64,000 bases of DNA, taken from NCBI RefSeq assembly GCF_003704095.1, contig NW_020847607.1:558001-622000 (forward strand), written 5' to 3'. The DNA comes from Pocillopora damicornis. Its lineage: Eukaryota. Positions 1 through 13,700 of this stretch are shown piece after piece. The position numbers were made by a program, and so were the translations under genes. The stretch's first letter is position 1; every line of letters begins with the position of its first letter. Below the pieces are notes generated by a model, which saw only the letters and a list, made by a program, of their open reading frames with translations, was not told where the DNA came from and did no database searches.

Positions 1-170
1 AATTCCCATACCTTACCCAGCAAACAAGTAATGAGAACACTCAAGTAGAAGTTATCTTGATCTGACACCAAATTCTCATTGCTAATTTACAAGGAAATGT
101 GTACTAGCAAGAGGGAAGAATTAAGATCTTAGGAATAAAAGGCTTAAGAAACCAGATTTAATCATTCACC

Positions 171-3100
171 TTACCTATTTTTTCTCTGCTCCTGTATCAA
201 TTTGTATTGAAACGCAAAGAAGTATAATAAATTGTCATATCTTCCATCATATTCCCTAATGGAAAAAATTTACAGAATATAACTACATTTTTTAAAAGAT
301 TAAGAATCAAGCATTTATGGTAGTAAATTGTGAAGAACACAAAAGTTTTAATATTCCTCGCAACACTTTGCCACATGGTTGGTGTAAAAAATATTTTTTC
401 AGTTATGCATATAAATATACCTTCTTGGTCTCACTTAGTTTACACCATGTGATATAAACTGAGGAAGCTAACATTTGGAGAGAAAGAGGTCACCTGATTT
501 TTCTAATTTCCCTGAAAAGAAAGCTGTCATTCCAACAACAATTGATGTCTAATACGACTTTCTTAACATACAAATAATTGATTAAAATTTGGAACTTTCC
601 GAATCAAAGTCATCATGGCATACACTGAGCTGTGCTTTTGAATAATACCTTTTTAAAATATGCTGATCATATTCCTTGAAAAAGTAATAAATAGCTTCTA
701 TGGTAGCAAGGCATGTATCTGGCTTCCTTTGAGGTCTGTAAAGTCAAGCAAATATCTCTTAAAGGTGTGCCACATTGCTGAAGCTAATTACTAAAAACTC
801 ACAGGAGACAAGTAAACAACTTTGGGGTTCATGGTAAATGCACTGGACTCTGTGTTGAGTGGTCCTGGGTTTGAGCCTCAGCAGGATCATTGAGATGCTT
901 TTGGGCAAGATACTTCCCTATCACAGAGCACCCTGAATTACTGGTGGGTACCTAAAAATAGTCAGGGAAATCTAACAAATACAAGGGGACTACAATGTGA
1001 TGAACCATCATAATACAGGGAAGGTAAATGTACTCCTTACCACTTCATGCAACAGAGCATTAGCTGTTCCTCGTTTGCTCTGATGAAGGGTTATTGCTTA
1101 AAATGTCAGCTTTGAAACTGTTTAAGGTGGCCAATTTAGTTGATAATACCATATTACCCTGTCATACACTCCCACTGCATTGCACCACAGTTTCTTTAGA
1201 AAAATACCCCCTTTAGACTGTAGCAGTGTGGGGCCATCTGACTTTAGAGACTCAAACCAAACATTACAGGTTCAGTCACATCCCTTTGTTGGAAATTCTT
1301 TTAGCCTTCTATTTCCCTATTAACTGTCATCTTGTCAAATATCTAAACAAGTCTTTTAAAAAGGTTGTAAGATTGTACATACCTCCAAAAATGTGTTACA
1401 GCACTCTCAAGTTTTACTCTTTTCAGTCCTTTCAACTTTTTGTCCTTAAAGTAAACTTTCTTGTTAAAAATAAACTTCTGAAAGCCTTTACAAAAAATAA
1501 TCTAAATTCAACAAATATTTCATTACTGATTTGTCAATGACATACATTCAAATCAATTATAGAATTACTACATGGGGCTTCAACATTGCATTTAATCAAA
1601 AGTGAAGCTTATTTTAAATGATAAAACAATCAATTTCTCATTCAAAACAGTTTGATGAACTTAAAGTTTGGTTTGTCTGAATCAATTATTGTATTTTCAC
1701 TGAGCTGAGGGTGAAAGGGAAGCATTGTTATATTATGTTGTAAAAAATGTTATAGGCAAAAATTGTTAAACTGAGTCATTTGCATTTTGCAAATTACATT
1801 CAATTGTGATTTTAGGGAAACTTCTTTAAACGTAAATCAGTGATTGTTACAGCTACATTATACTATAATTAAGAAGCTTGTGCTAACAGGCTTACGGTTA
1901 TGATCTGATGACACTGCTGCCATGTGCTATCAATGAACACCACTCTGTGTAACAAGGCACCAGCATCTGAAGAATCTGGATTCTGTCTGTCCTGGTTTAA
2001 TCTGATCTTCTCCAGGGTGACAGCATCCTGGAAAGTTGATACAGAATTTACACCCTGATTTGTTATTAAATGGTTTATTAGCCAATTTGGCAATTTTGAT
2101 TGTTTCTATATTTTATTAGTGTTTGTAATTTATTCCTAATTACTGGACCATTGTTTTAGTGCATATACGTTGAATACCTTTGATGTAATAATCTGGTGTT
2201 CTTTGTCATCAACCTTATCATTGTCATCATTATCATCATCATCTTTAACTTTCAAGCATAAGCTTCGCTGTAAAAACCATCTTAGTTGTGCTGAACAAAA
2301 TATATCAAACTGAACATAAAATATAACTTCCTGATAACATTTTATTACTGACTCACCTCTGCTGGAAAAACAATTATGACCTGAAATAAAGACAATAACA
2401 TAAATATAGATAATACCATGAAAGAAGTATCTATCTTTAATTAGTAACATATAATGGTAACAATTGTTATATATAGTGAATTACAATTAATCAAATGTTT
2501 TTACCTTCTCCTTCTCTTGAAAATCTGGAACTTCCTGGTGAAAGAAACAAAATGAGAGAATAGAATATAATGTGAATAAAAGAAATAAAAAATAAGACAA
2601 AATGGATAACAGATTTTTCTGGTGGTTTAAAATACAGCATAAACTTACTGGAAAGTTATGGATGGACACATTCCCAGGAGCTAAGATACATGCATGAGTG
2701 GCTGTACTTTTCCCTACCAACTCTTTTTGATGTTTTATTCTGTTGTCAAAAAACATTTTGTCAATTGTAAGATGGTAAGTAATGATCCAAATGATATGTG
2801 GATGACAGACAACAACTATGTATACAGAAGGGGGAATAGGGTGGAAAGTTAGAAAAATCACCTTTAAAAAAGAATAATGAATTGGAGGCTACTGTATTTA
2901 TTATCCATCACATTTTTCAAACATTTTTTTAAAAAAAGTTTTCCTTCTGCGTTGAATAAAATTTCTAAAAAGGCTTTGATCATAGAGGACATAAGGTTTG
3001 AAAATTGGGGAATACTTAACAATTATTCCATGAGAGTGTGTTTGATATGATTTGGTTATCACCGCTCTCGTATCGTAAATTTTTGATGGATTTTAAATTT

Positions 3101-3712
3101 CCCCGACCACATGCAGCTAATTTATTTTAAGGGAAAAAAAGTAACGCTGATCCTGATTAAAAAGAAAATAACGTCAGATTGACACATCGGGTCAAACATT
3201 TCTATTTGTGTCCCTATTCACCCCACAAAGAAAATGAATAATCTCACATGTCCACTTTTATAGGTAGATGAACTGTGGGAATCAGACTTCTATCAAGCCC
3301 AACTGTTATGTAGCATGTGTAACAATAATACTTTCTCGAGGCTTGACACTTGGGGCAAGGTCTTCTTTCAGCGCCTCTGGAAGAAAATAAATAAATGAAC
3401 TTTATCGGTAAAGAATCATTACACATACTTCATTGTCCGTACAAATATTTTACGCTAGCAGAAAGCATTGAAGAAAATAAAAGAATTCCGCTAGCACTGA
3501 GCTGTTTTGTTCCACGGTGTTGATTTGTGTTTTCAAAGATTTCAAAGGCTTAAATTGGTCTAACATTGTACTGTATGAATGAAGCGTCACTAGAAGTAGG
3601 TAAAACGTTTATTTCATTATGGAATGTCAGTAATATACCTTAAGACCTCATGAGATGTGATCTTCAGTTCTGAAAACGGTGAAATGTGTACTTGCTTCAT
3701 TTCGTCCACCAT
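171..3712 (-). CDS. DTWD1: tRNA-uridine aminocarboxypropyltransferase 1 (DTW domain protein 1), 9 coding exons
   Basis: Exons with GT-AG ends and matching phases: 3712-3639, 3376-3248, 2739-2649, 2534-2505, 2380-2357, 2027-1896, 1444-1383, 735-649, 255-171. Translation has the N-terminal CPKC...YYCYTC zinc motif, KHQKELVGKSTA, FIDSTW (DxTW), THFWR, CLATIEAIYYF and YDNLLYFF, all typical of DTWD1. The last exon reads ...KNR-TAA but also contains a possible AG|gtaag donor. Confidence 0.93.
822..1055 (+). mobile_element. SINE copy, decayed
   Basis: Aligns by eye to the 11121 element (gcactggactc, gggtttgagcc, ttgggcaagatact, gggtacc, tactcct..cttcatgc). Confidence 0.65.
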
Positions 3713-4708
3713 GTTGAATTTTTCATTACTCCTTCACGTAATACCAACTATAGTGTCTTTTTAAATGATTATGAATATGAAAGATATCTTCGCGTGTCTT
3801 TTCATTTGACTGTCTCGTGGTGTTAGTTTGATCACACCTAATCAGAGATTTGAAGCTTTTGAAAAAAAAGAGTCTATAATTACACTGACCTTTCCGTTTT
3901 CGGCGTAACTTATTTCTACCTTGAAGAGTAATTGTCGATGGAAACGTTCATTAGGGGACTGGGCGTGTTCGTCGAGAAACATTTCCTCGTTATTTCTCCT
4001 ACACATTATAGTCGGTCGACCGACCCACTTCTACGAAATGGAAAAGGAAAAAACTATTGGGGGAAACGCGTGGCAAGCAAACTTCATTAGATCCTCAACA
4101 TTTGGATATTTGGAGTTTTTCCAGCACTGCAACAATTGGTGCAACAATGCATTTCCATAAGGAGACTCGAAATATGAGCTGACAACCGGAGTTAAGTGAA
4201 CTAATCAGAACACTAGAAATGCAATATCCGGAGTTAAAGATTTAATAGAGTGGTCTTCGATGAAGGTCAGTCGATTTTGCCGGGACAACTGCGCATAATT
4301 GAATAATGTTCACAGTACATTCTGCTACCAAGACAACGTCCCAGGTTTCATAGCTGTTTATTTGTTACATAAAATATGTTTTTAAAAAGCATGAATATCA
4401 TTTATGTGACGTACTTGTAAACGAGAATTGTTAATTTAAGATCTAAATTTGTTCCTAGCCTATTTCTTTTTCGACTTTTATATCGCAAACAGGATTTGAT
4501 TCGTAGCCTATAGCTCCTCATGAAAGAACCTCCAAAATTGTCAGTGCTACGATTATGGCGCAGATGAAACACAGGCTGCCTACAGTTGAATTTGATTAAC
4601 TATAATTACACAGTACGGACTGCTCCATTATCCATCAGTTGCCGAAGGGTTGGGTCAAGAAACGCCTTTCGTCTCTCTTGTCTTTCAAATTCCAGCTTCT
4701 TTTGTTGG

Positions 4709-7700
4709 TTACATTCGCGCAAATTCATACCAGTCGCTTTTCCTTTCGTGGTGATAATGATACAGCTTTGGAAGTCTTAATCTTTCAGCCTCTAAATTAG
4801 CACCAATCGCTCTAAAAAGTAAAATTATACTTAGTTAACAAAGTAACAGAAAGCGGAAAAACAGGACATTTTAATGCCTACCAATTTTTCCGAATCAAGG
4901 GCTTTATATTTTTTTTCTCAGAGTCAGCATTTTCGTCGAGCACCTAATCATATCCGAAGAACTTCGAAAATTTCCCAATGTTTACGAAGGCGTTCCGAAT
5001 ACATTCCGTAAGTGTTCTGAAGAGTTGTTTCAACCATGTCATGGCAATGGTTTATCTTCCACATCCGAGATTTTTGGATATATATATAATCAATCTTATG
5101 CGCTTTTTTTCTCCCACTTTTTAATCAAGTCTCTTTTACGATTAAAATTTTTTTAAAAAAAAATGTATCAGTTAAAATGGTGATGGCTTGATTGTTGGAA
5201 GTGAGCTGGTTTAAGAGTAACGAGAGAGTTGACTGGTGTACATTTAGGGAGGCCTGGGTACGAGATTGCGCTTACCTGTCCATTAGATCCCAGTCTTCAC
5301 CGCCCCATCGTGTGGTGAATTTGACTTCGTCCATTCCTCCAAAACTGTCCCAGTCCGACTTGTAAGCCCCAAACAAACCATAGCCCATCATTTCCCAGAA
5401 GGCTGATGAACGAAATAAGGCAAGATATCTGATTTTACACACACATGAATTTATGACTCGAGAGAGGAAGCATTCTCTTAGTTACGGCATTAAGCGCGGG
5501 AAAGTGCGCGCGAAAGAAATCACCACAAGCCGCAAACGTGCGAAATTGTTAATTTAATGCAAAGAGGGGGAAAGAAGTGAACAGTTGGCAAGTACGCTAA
5601 GAATATTAACGAGTGGCAAACGCTGGTGAAAGATCAGCCAATGGAAAGCGCAGAAATAGTTACCCGGCAAGCGGGAAAAAAATGTTATAAACCGCAAGCG
5701 CGGGAAAATGATGAATAGTGAAAAGCGCGTGCGAGAAGAAAACTTGCTAGTGGTAAGTACGTTAAAAATTTTAACCAATCGAAAACCTAGGGAAAGGATC
5801 TACTAAAGGTAATTTCCGAGAAAGAAACCTTGTAATGGCAAGCGCAGGAAACACGAGAACAGTATCTTCATTAATAGAAAAAAAGATTGGAAGGACATTC
5901 AAACGACCATTGCATGGTGACGGACGCTTTAGACACCAAAGTGAGAAAGCTGGACAACTGAAAAACAGGTGTATGTACCTTGTTGATGTGTAATAGAGTA
6001 ACCACATTTCAACTTGAGAACTGCGGGTGAGTAGAAACTTCTTCCTTGAATCGTGTGCTGTGTGAGGAAAGACCGAAAATCTCAGCAAATAAAGAATACG
6101 TTAAGAAAGAATCCATTAGTTGTGAAACTAGCATATCCCTTACATTGCCTTAAAAAAAAAACGAGCAGCTTAGAAAGTTGGTACCATGTGGAATGTTACC
6201 TTTCTTACGACGTCAAATATATTGACTGGGAACTTGATGTGCAGATCCGCTGTAAAGATGATACTGTTGGGATCCTGGTATGATGCAGAAGAAACCAAAA
6301 AGAAGAAACCCTGCTAAGATGGCGCCTAATTGATCACAGTTTAAACTCTCGTAGCTCATTATATCAAAATTTATCCTAGAGATTTGCATCACTGAAAGTT
6401 CGCCTCATACCACCTCGCTCCCAAATGGACACGTTCAACCCCACCTTCACTTGTTCACGCCTGAATCTTTAACTCAACCATCATGCCAAGCAAGGTATAA
6501 ATTACCTTGATGTAACGTACTCCGTCATTCAAAGCCCTCGTCTTGTGAAATTCAGTAAAATGTCGAAGAATGGCGACCCTTGAAGATAAAAACGTCCAGC
6601 CACAAGGGCCACATTAGAGAGTAACGTTTAAACGTGTCTTTTCGGTGATTCTTATATCAAGTGACAAGATAGATCTAGAAACTTTTCATAGGGGGTTCCA
6701 AACTTTGATTCAGAAAAAAAAAAAGAAGAGTCTGAAGAAGCCAATATGTATTTCAAGGTAAGAAAATTGCAAATACGTGGAACTCAAGTTGGGTAGTAAT
6801 ATGCGACCCTGTCGTTAGACATATCTTGGTCTTAGTAAATGATACATTACATCCCCAGGTCTGATAGAGGGGGCCCACACCCCCGGAACTTCACCCTGGA
6901 TCCGCAGCTGAATGGTTGTTGGTTCCTGTAAGTGCCACACCCTTACCGGTCTTTGATTCCACTATTTTCTCGGAGTTGAAAGAGATCAATGTCACTGCTA
7001 TTGAAATCCACGATGACAAGGAAGAAGTTATTGTCATATCCTTTCTCGTAAATCTGAGGAAAGATATCTGTATCAATTCACGATTTATCATGCTGTGAGA
7101 AAAAATATGTCAAAGGGCAAAGTTAACAATTTAAGGAACTGGAACTTGGGTTTTAGAGTCTTTTATTTGTTTTTGTTTTTTTCAGTAATTATTTTTTCGT
7201 GTTTTGACCATCTTTAAGACATACCGTGATAGTGTTTTGTGCTTCCATATCCAAAGGAAAACTTAAAGATCGATTTGAAAAACCGTGGATGAAACATAAT
7301 ATTTTCCACGAGAAAGACCATGCATCGTCCATAGAACTCCGTCGTGTCCTTACCTGAGTTAATTGATTTATTAGAAATTTGATCCATGGTCCATAGTTCT
7401 TAACTGTAAAGAAGTCAAAAGTTAGCAAAGATGTCTCAGTCTAAATACGAACATTGGCATCAGAAATTTGTTGCAATAAGTTGGTAGACAGGGCCTACAT
7501 GAACAAAACATATCATTCTTCACAGGAATCGCATGTTGCAAAAACATTAAGTGTTGCTCACCTGTTATCACCATGGAAACTGTGACATTTCTTTTCCACT
7601 GGAAGCCGTCTGGGTCACAAAGATCCGTGTTGTTTTTTACGGGTCTGTAAACGTATTCTGATAAACGAACAGAGTGTTCTGCAAAAGAAAAAAAAAATGA

Positions 7701-10700
7701 TTAATTGCACCATACTTGCAATTGCATTACAATACAAATTTTTTTTCATCGCCAGCTAGATATAGAGCGGTTTAGCTTTACCTAAATGATTGTTAACTTA
7801 GCAAAAAATTGAGATCACAATTTCGTAAAAAAGGGTTGTGCTTATTCATCGTTGTTTTCATTTTAGGATGCGAAAAAAGTTAATTAAAAAAAGTCACCTT
7901 TGTATTTGTCCAGGAGTTCCTGCAAAAAGAAAATGAAAAAAAAAACTTAAAAGTTAAATTCGTATAAGATGAATGAATATTTGAACATTCTGGTCCAGAA
8001 AAACTAGTACAAACATGTGAAATCTTTTCAGGGGTTATTGAAGGGTTTAACTAAATTCTCTCTTGCTATAGGGAAAAATAAAGTAAAGTTTAAAGACTTA
8101 CAGGCGGTCATAAAGTGTTGGATTGATTGTCACTCAAGTCGTAATAACAACTTACCAGTTCTAGCAAATAACGGGTTCCTTTCTTTGGATCATCTTTTGC
8201 TTCCACGTTGACGATCTCCTTCAGAACGAATCTGTCCCTAAAAGACGAACATGACAAATGAGTCAACCATTTTTCTCACTTTTTGTGCCCCTCTACGCAA
8301 TCTACAAAAACGCACTTATCTTTGGGGAAAAGGAGTTCTCGTTTGTTGTGTGACTTGCTCTCATACGAAATATGGAAGAAAAAACGTAAGTTAAGAGTTC
8401 AGTCTAACGATGCAATAGTAAAATTACTTCAACATTCACACAAGCGCATGAAAGATGTCTGATCAAATCGCCTTGGTGAGAGTAGTTGTCTGACGTTGTT
8501 CCTGGGTTCAAACAAATAACTGTATAAAAGAAAAATTACACTATAACTCATACTTACCCTTTCTTCTTAGCGAGGGCTTCCATGTAAGAAGATACAATTT
8601 TCAAAGCGTCCTGAAATTAAACAAGACATCGTTTGTGTTTTTAAGTTGAAAGAGAGAACTGTAGTAACTTGAGGTACACCATCGTCAGATTCCTAATCAA
8701 AATCATAACGATGATATTAAACATGGAACTTTTTTACACTACAAATAGTAATTTATTACATTTTTTTCAAGCTTTTTGTTGCCCCAGCTGATGTGGTTTT
8801 TAACATCATGTGACATATTGACATCCGTTCGATCGTTTGGAAAGACTCGAGGATGTTGGATCTGCAAAAGGAGAGGAAATTCTTATAAAATTTTTCATCT
8901 CATCCATTATATTTTTAGAAACTAAATGATGAACTAGGAAAATGTCAAAGTTTCTGGAAGCTTCATCGGGCAAATCTTTCAATCAGTTCATATAAGTAAC
9001 CATAGAAAATAAATCTGGAGTAGAAATCCCAGAAGATTGAAGGCCCACGATCATTAATCACGGGAGGAACACTACATATCGAAATGCACCAGTCACTGCT
9101 GTTGGAAAACCTATCAACCACAGAGCAACCAGTCGAGCTCTCGAATTCCTGACTTGAAAAAGATTAGTAGAATGCAGCTGTGTCGTCACAATCCACATTG
9201 GAACTATTGCGCCATGAGATAAACGATTAAACTTAATCACCAGTTAGTGGGGAAATTTCAGTATCGGCTGGCGTAGTAATTAAGCAATTCAGTACTTACA
9301 AAGTTTCCAGTGAAAGCCTCATTTTCTTTGAGTTTTTTCGAGACGACATAAGACGGTTGATAGGGACACAACGGAAGGACATCTGAGACTTCGGAGTGAG
9401 GAAGATCTTCAACTATATGAAAGAAAAATATGGCAACCAATGACCTAATCTAGCAGTCTAAAATTCCACACTTGCTTGGAAATGAAGCTCGTAAAATTTT
9501 ACAGTTAACTTTATTTGTATTTCCATGGATCAGTATCACCCTACAGAGGAAGTCCGAGTGTTAAAGTAAACGTGGACTGCAATGGTTTTACCTAACTACG
9601 CGATATGGTTGGTCGAAAAAACTCGTGTCACGTCGGCGTCGAACCACCACGACTTTGCGTTTTCTCGCACTTCAGCCCGTTCATTCGTTTTTACTTTGCG
9701 TTCTCATTGGCTCGCTTAATATCACCTTTGTTGTGATTGGTCGCTGCGATCTCTCATGATGATAACTGTCAGCTTTGGTTTTACGACGCTGAAGTGAAAT
9801 GTATTTTATTAACAGAGGCCAGTTGTAAAAAAGCAAACTAAGTGGTATCTTACCTCGAGAATAAAAGTCGTCCCGCAAATCATACTGTTCACGAGTCATG
9901 AACTGAACATAAAAAAGGAAACTTTAAATTCAGTATAACAGATCAATTTTCAAGTGCTTGTCGAAAGTAAAATACGATTGCTTTGGTTTACTGGCCTGTG
10001 ATTGGTCTAGAAAAACTCGAGTCATCCTCGCAATTAATCAGCTAGGGAAATAAAACCGACCGTGGCATAGTCACCGGTGTTTTCCGCGCTTAAGGGCGTC
10101 GGCTTACTTTTCTTTGCTCCGACTGGCTCCTCGTTTTGTTCTCCTTCCTTCGGATTGGCCCACAAGATTAGTTTGATTTTGGCTTTGCGACCCTCACTCA
10201 GAGCAATATGCCTTTGTTGACTGGACAACAAGCCTTCTGTCGTCTTGAAAAATATTAAGTAAAACATAGTCTTTACCTCATCATAAGCAAATAGCAAAGT
10301 TGGGTGATCTTTACAAATGCACAAAAGTCTGGCGTTGATTTCTGCTTTCTCGGCTGAATAATCTGTTGAAAAAGAACAGCAGGTACATCATTCCAGCGTC
10401 CATAATAATATGCTACTTGTGAACTGCCGTCGACTCCAACTTACCTATATACTGGGAGATGTACTGTGAGCCAATAATTTCAAGACTCTCGTCCCCTGGC
10501 ATTTTCCACTATGAAATATTAAAACATGGAATCGTCAGAGTGCAACTTATCGATAACATTTTGAGCGGTATCGATGTTTGATGCATTTAGATTCAAGGAC
10601 AAGTTTGACTGCTGGATCGAGTTTGAGGCGAAGTGCTTAGAAAACATTTACCTCATGAAGCTTCATTGTGCTCTTAATGAAGCTCAAAGTTTGCACAGTT

Positions 10701-13700
10701 ATCGTTATCTGACGAAATTTAGCCATTTTCTGACTGAAAAACATTACTATAAAACAGCTATCATTTCGATATTTTGTATTTCTCACAATGACATTTTTTT
10801 TTACAAAAACTCTTCTTAAAGTACTGACAATTAGAGCGATTTTCCTCCCCGTTTTCTGTTGCTGTTTCCCGCACAAGCGCACACTTTATCGATTGGAAAA
10901 CCTCTAAGAACAGTCGCACTCGACTGGGATCTTAAAAGTCTGCAGTAACATGTAGAGAAGCAGAAAACGTATTTATTAAGTTACCGCAACTTCCACGTGA
11001 TCTTGGCCATACTTTTGCTTTTGAAGAACTTCCACATAATATGCTTTTCCTACTTCAAGTCTGGATGAGACAGAGAGAAAATCAAGTTCAGTAATTACAG
11101 AGCGACTACAGTTACCGAGGGTGAGACACGCTAGTCCAGTGGTTGGTGCACTTGACTCCAGGTCGAGGGGTCTGGGTTCGAGACCTGGTCGAGTCATTCT
11201 GCTGTGTTATAAAGCAAAACACTCAAATCCCGCCGTACCTCTCTCCACTCAGGAGCATTAATGGGTACCGCCGAATTGTCAAGGAAGCCTGATGGGGAAA
11301 TGTCGGGGGGGAACCTCACGATGGACAAGCATCCCATCTAGGGGCAAAGTCATACTCCTAGTCGCCTCATGCTCAGGAAACCGGGATAAGATTCGGTTGG
11401 GGTAGCCACTCGGCTTGAATACAGACTTTACCCTTGTTGTTACCGAGGTCGCTCACAGAAAACTGACAAATCTGATCAAAATTTAATCGCTATGAATCTC
11501 TTCTAAAGACCTTTTTCGCCTTTTTTGTCTTAGTCTTGAGCATTTTTTGCTACAAATTGATTTGGCTGAAATCATTGTCACTGAATGAAATCACTGGAAT
11601 ACCTTGAATCTTTTACCTGATGGCCTCTGAGGCTTGGGAAGCCTTGACTTGAAAATTTCCGAAATGAGTACTGGCTCCATATTGGTTACCAGGCTGTTTT
11701 GAAAGAAGAGAGATTAAGGATTGTCATTAAAACTGTTTTCTTGGTTCGAAATTTTCACTGAAGTGTTAAAAATTTCAGTAGTCTTCGATTTAACACTTAC
11801 AGGGCACACGTGAGGTCAGGTTTAGCTGCAGCACGTGACCTGTTAAGACCAATCGCTGAATAAACGAAAAGTGCTTTTTGCGTGCGCTGATTTGTTATCT
11901 CGGAGGCGATTAACTTAGTACTATACATTCACCTGAGCACTATGCAATTCACCTGCGCGCGACCATAGCAAACAAAATGGCTTCCTGTTTCGCTGCTGTT
12001 ACCAATGAGAAAATTACTCCGATAAACGAGGTTGACTCCACGAAAAAATAGTCAATACAGGCAACAAAGTTTTGTTTGACCAAATAAATTATTCAGTTTA
12101 CTTACTTCTCCAAGATAGGCAATTTTCTTTGAATTTTTTGGGTCATCATTTGAACTCAACCAGAGCTCTGAACCGTCAGCAGAGCTAATGGCGAAAACGA
12201 AGTCACCTGAAAAGTTAGCGTAAAAAAAATTGAGATGAAACACTAATTAGTGCTGCTAATTTTCTTTTTTTATTTGGCGAGTCAGTATTCAGTTTGCTAT
12301 CACGTTTACTAGTTGAGAGCAAGCTGCAAAGTTCAAATCTTAGCAAGAACTGGAGAAAGAGCGACCACCAGTGAAAGCGCAGGAAACCATGAAATTTAAG
12401 ACAAGCGCGGGAAACCATGGACACAGTGAACAAAACGCGAAAAACCAGGAATTAGCGACAAGAGTGGGAGAACTTCAAATTGGTGGCGAGCGCGGGAAAG
12501 TAGGAATCCATTTACAAGCGCAGAGAAACAAAGAAACTGGTGAAAAACGCGAAAAAAACGTTAAACAAGCGACAAGTGCGAAAAGCCATGAATACAGTGA
12601 CAAACATGGATAACTGAAAATAGATAAAAGCGCAGAAAACCACCATACCAGTGATAGGCGGGAACCAATGGCTAACGATAGTAAAAATTAAAATTTTTGC
12701 GAGAACGGGAGAACAAGCAACCACCAGTGAAAGTGCGAGAAACAGGAAAGTAAGAATTAAGTGCTTTGAAACGTGAAGTCAGTGAGAAAATCCGCACAGA
12801 GAAGATTCTGATGAAAAGCGCGGGAATCAGTCCTAACATTGCCTGAATTTTTTTTTTTTTACCTGTGATTGGAGGATGAACGTAACCAAAAATACGTTTT
12901 CCGCTCATTGACCTTTTTGTTACATTTGTAGCGAACTTTTCAAGAACAGTGTTCACCTGATAAACAAAAAAATTTACTTAATAAGTATTATTTAAAAACG
13001 TACACGGACCAATTCAAAAAGATATAATCCTTCGTAGATACTTAAATTCAAAACTACCCAAAGCTTAAAATTAATATTCCAGCGATGCATGTTGGGTTGG
13101 AAACTCGAACCATTCACGTCGCGAATGAACTGATAAACAAAACTGAAGCTCATCTTCTGTTTTTGTTTTGTTGATTTGTTTTTTTTTTTTTCATTCTGAA
13201 TGGAAAAAAGACCCTGTAACAGTCAAGTGTCTTTCGCAAGAGGTCAACGCAGTGACTTAAACAAAGAAAATTTGAACCTGGACTGGACTGCGACGCACGA
13301 ACTACTGGACCACTGCTTTATTATCTCGTTTTCCGAAAGTCAGTGTTTAAAAGATGAGTTACTGATTTCTCATGCTATGAACTGTTACTACCAATTATCA
13401 ATTACCAATCATACTAATTACTACTAATTATCTTGTTTTCCGAAAGTCAGTGTTTAAAAAGTGACTTCCTGATTTCTCATGCTATGACATGTTACCACCA
13501 TTTAGCAAAGGAATTCAACATACTTGTGGTTTAAAGGGAAATAGTGGTTCTCTTCTAAGATCATCAACAGCGAATCCACACCATCCTCGCCATTCATGCA
13601 GGTTCAGATGACCATTTACCTGGAAACAAAATAATTCATGATCCAATACTGTTCATTAAATTACTCCAAGAGTGTATCTTTAGTGGGCGTTAACAGAATC

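Noticed and set aside
11121-11200. tRNA gene
   Set aside because: The tRNA-like head continues into a repeated body with TSD; it is a SINE.
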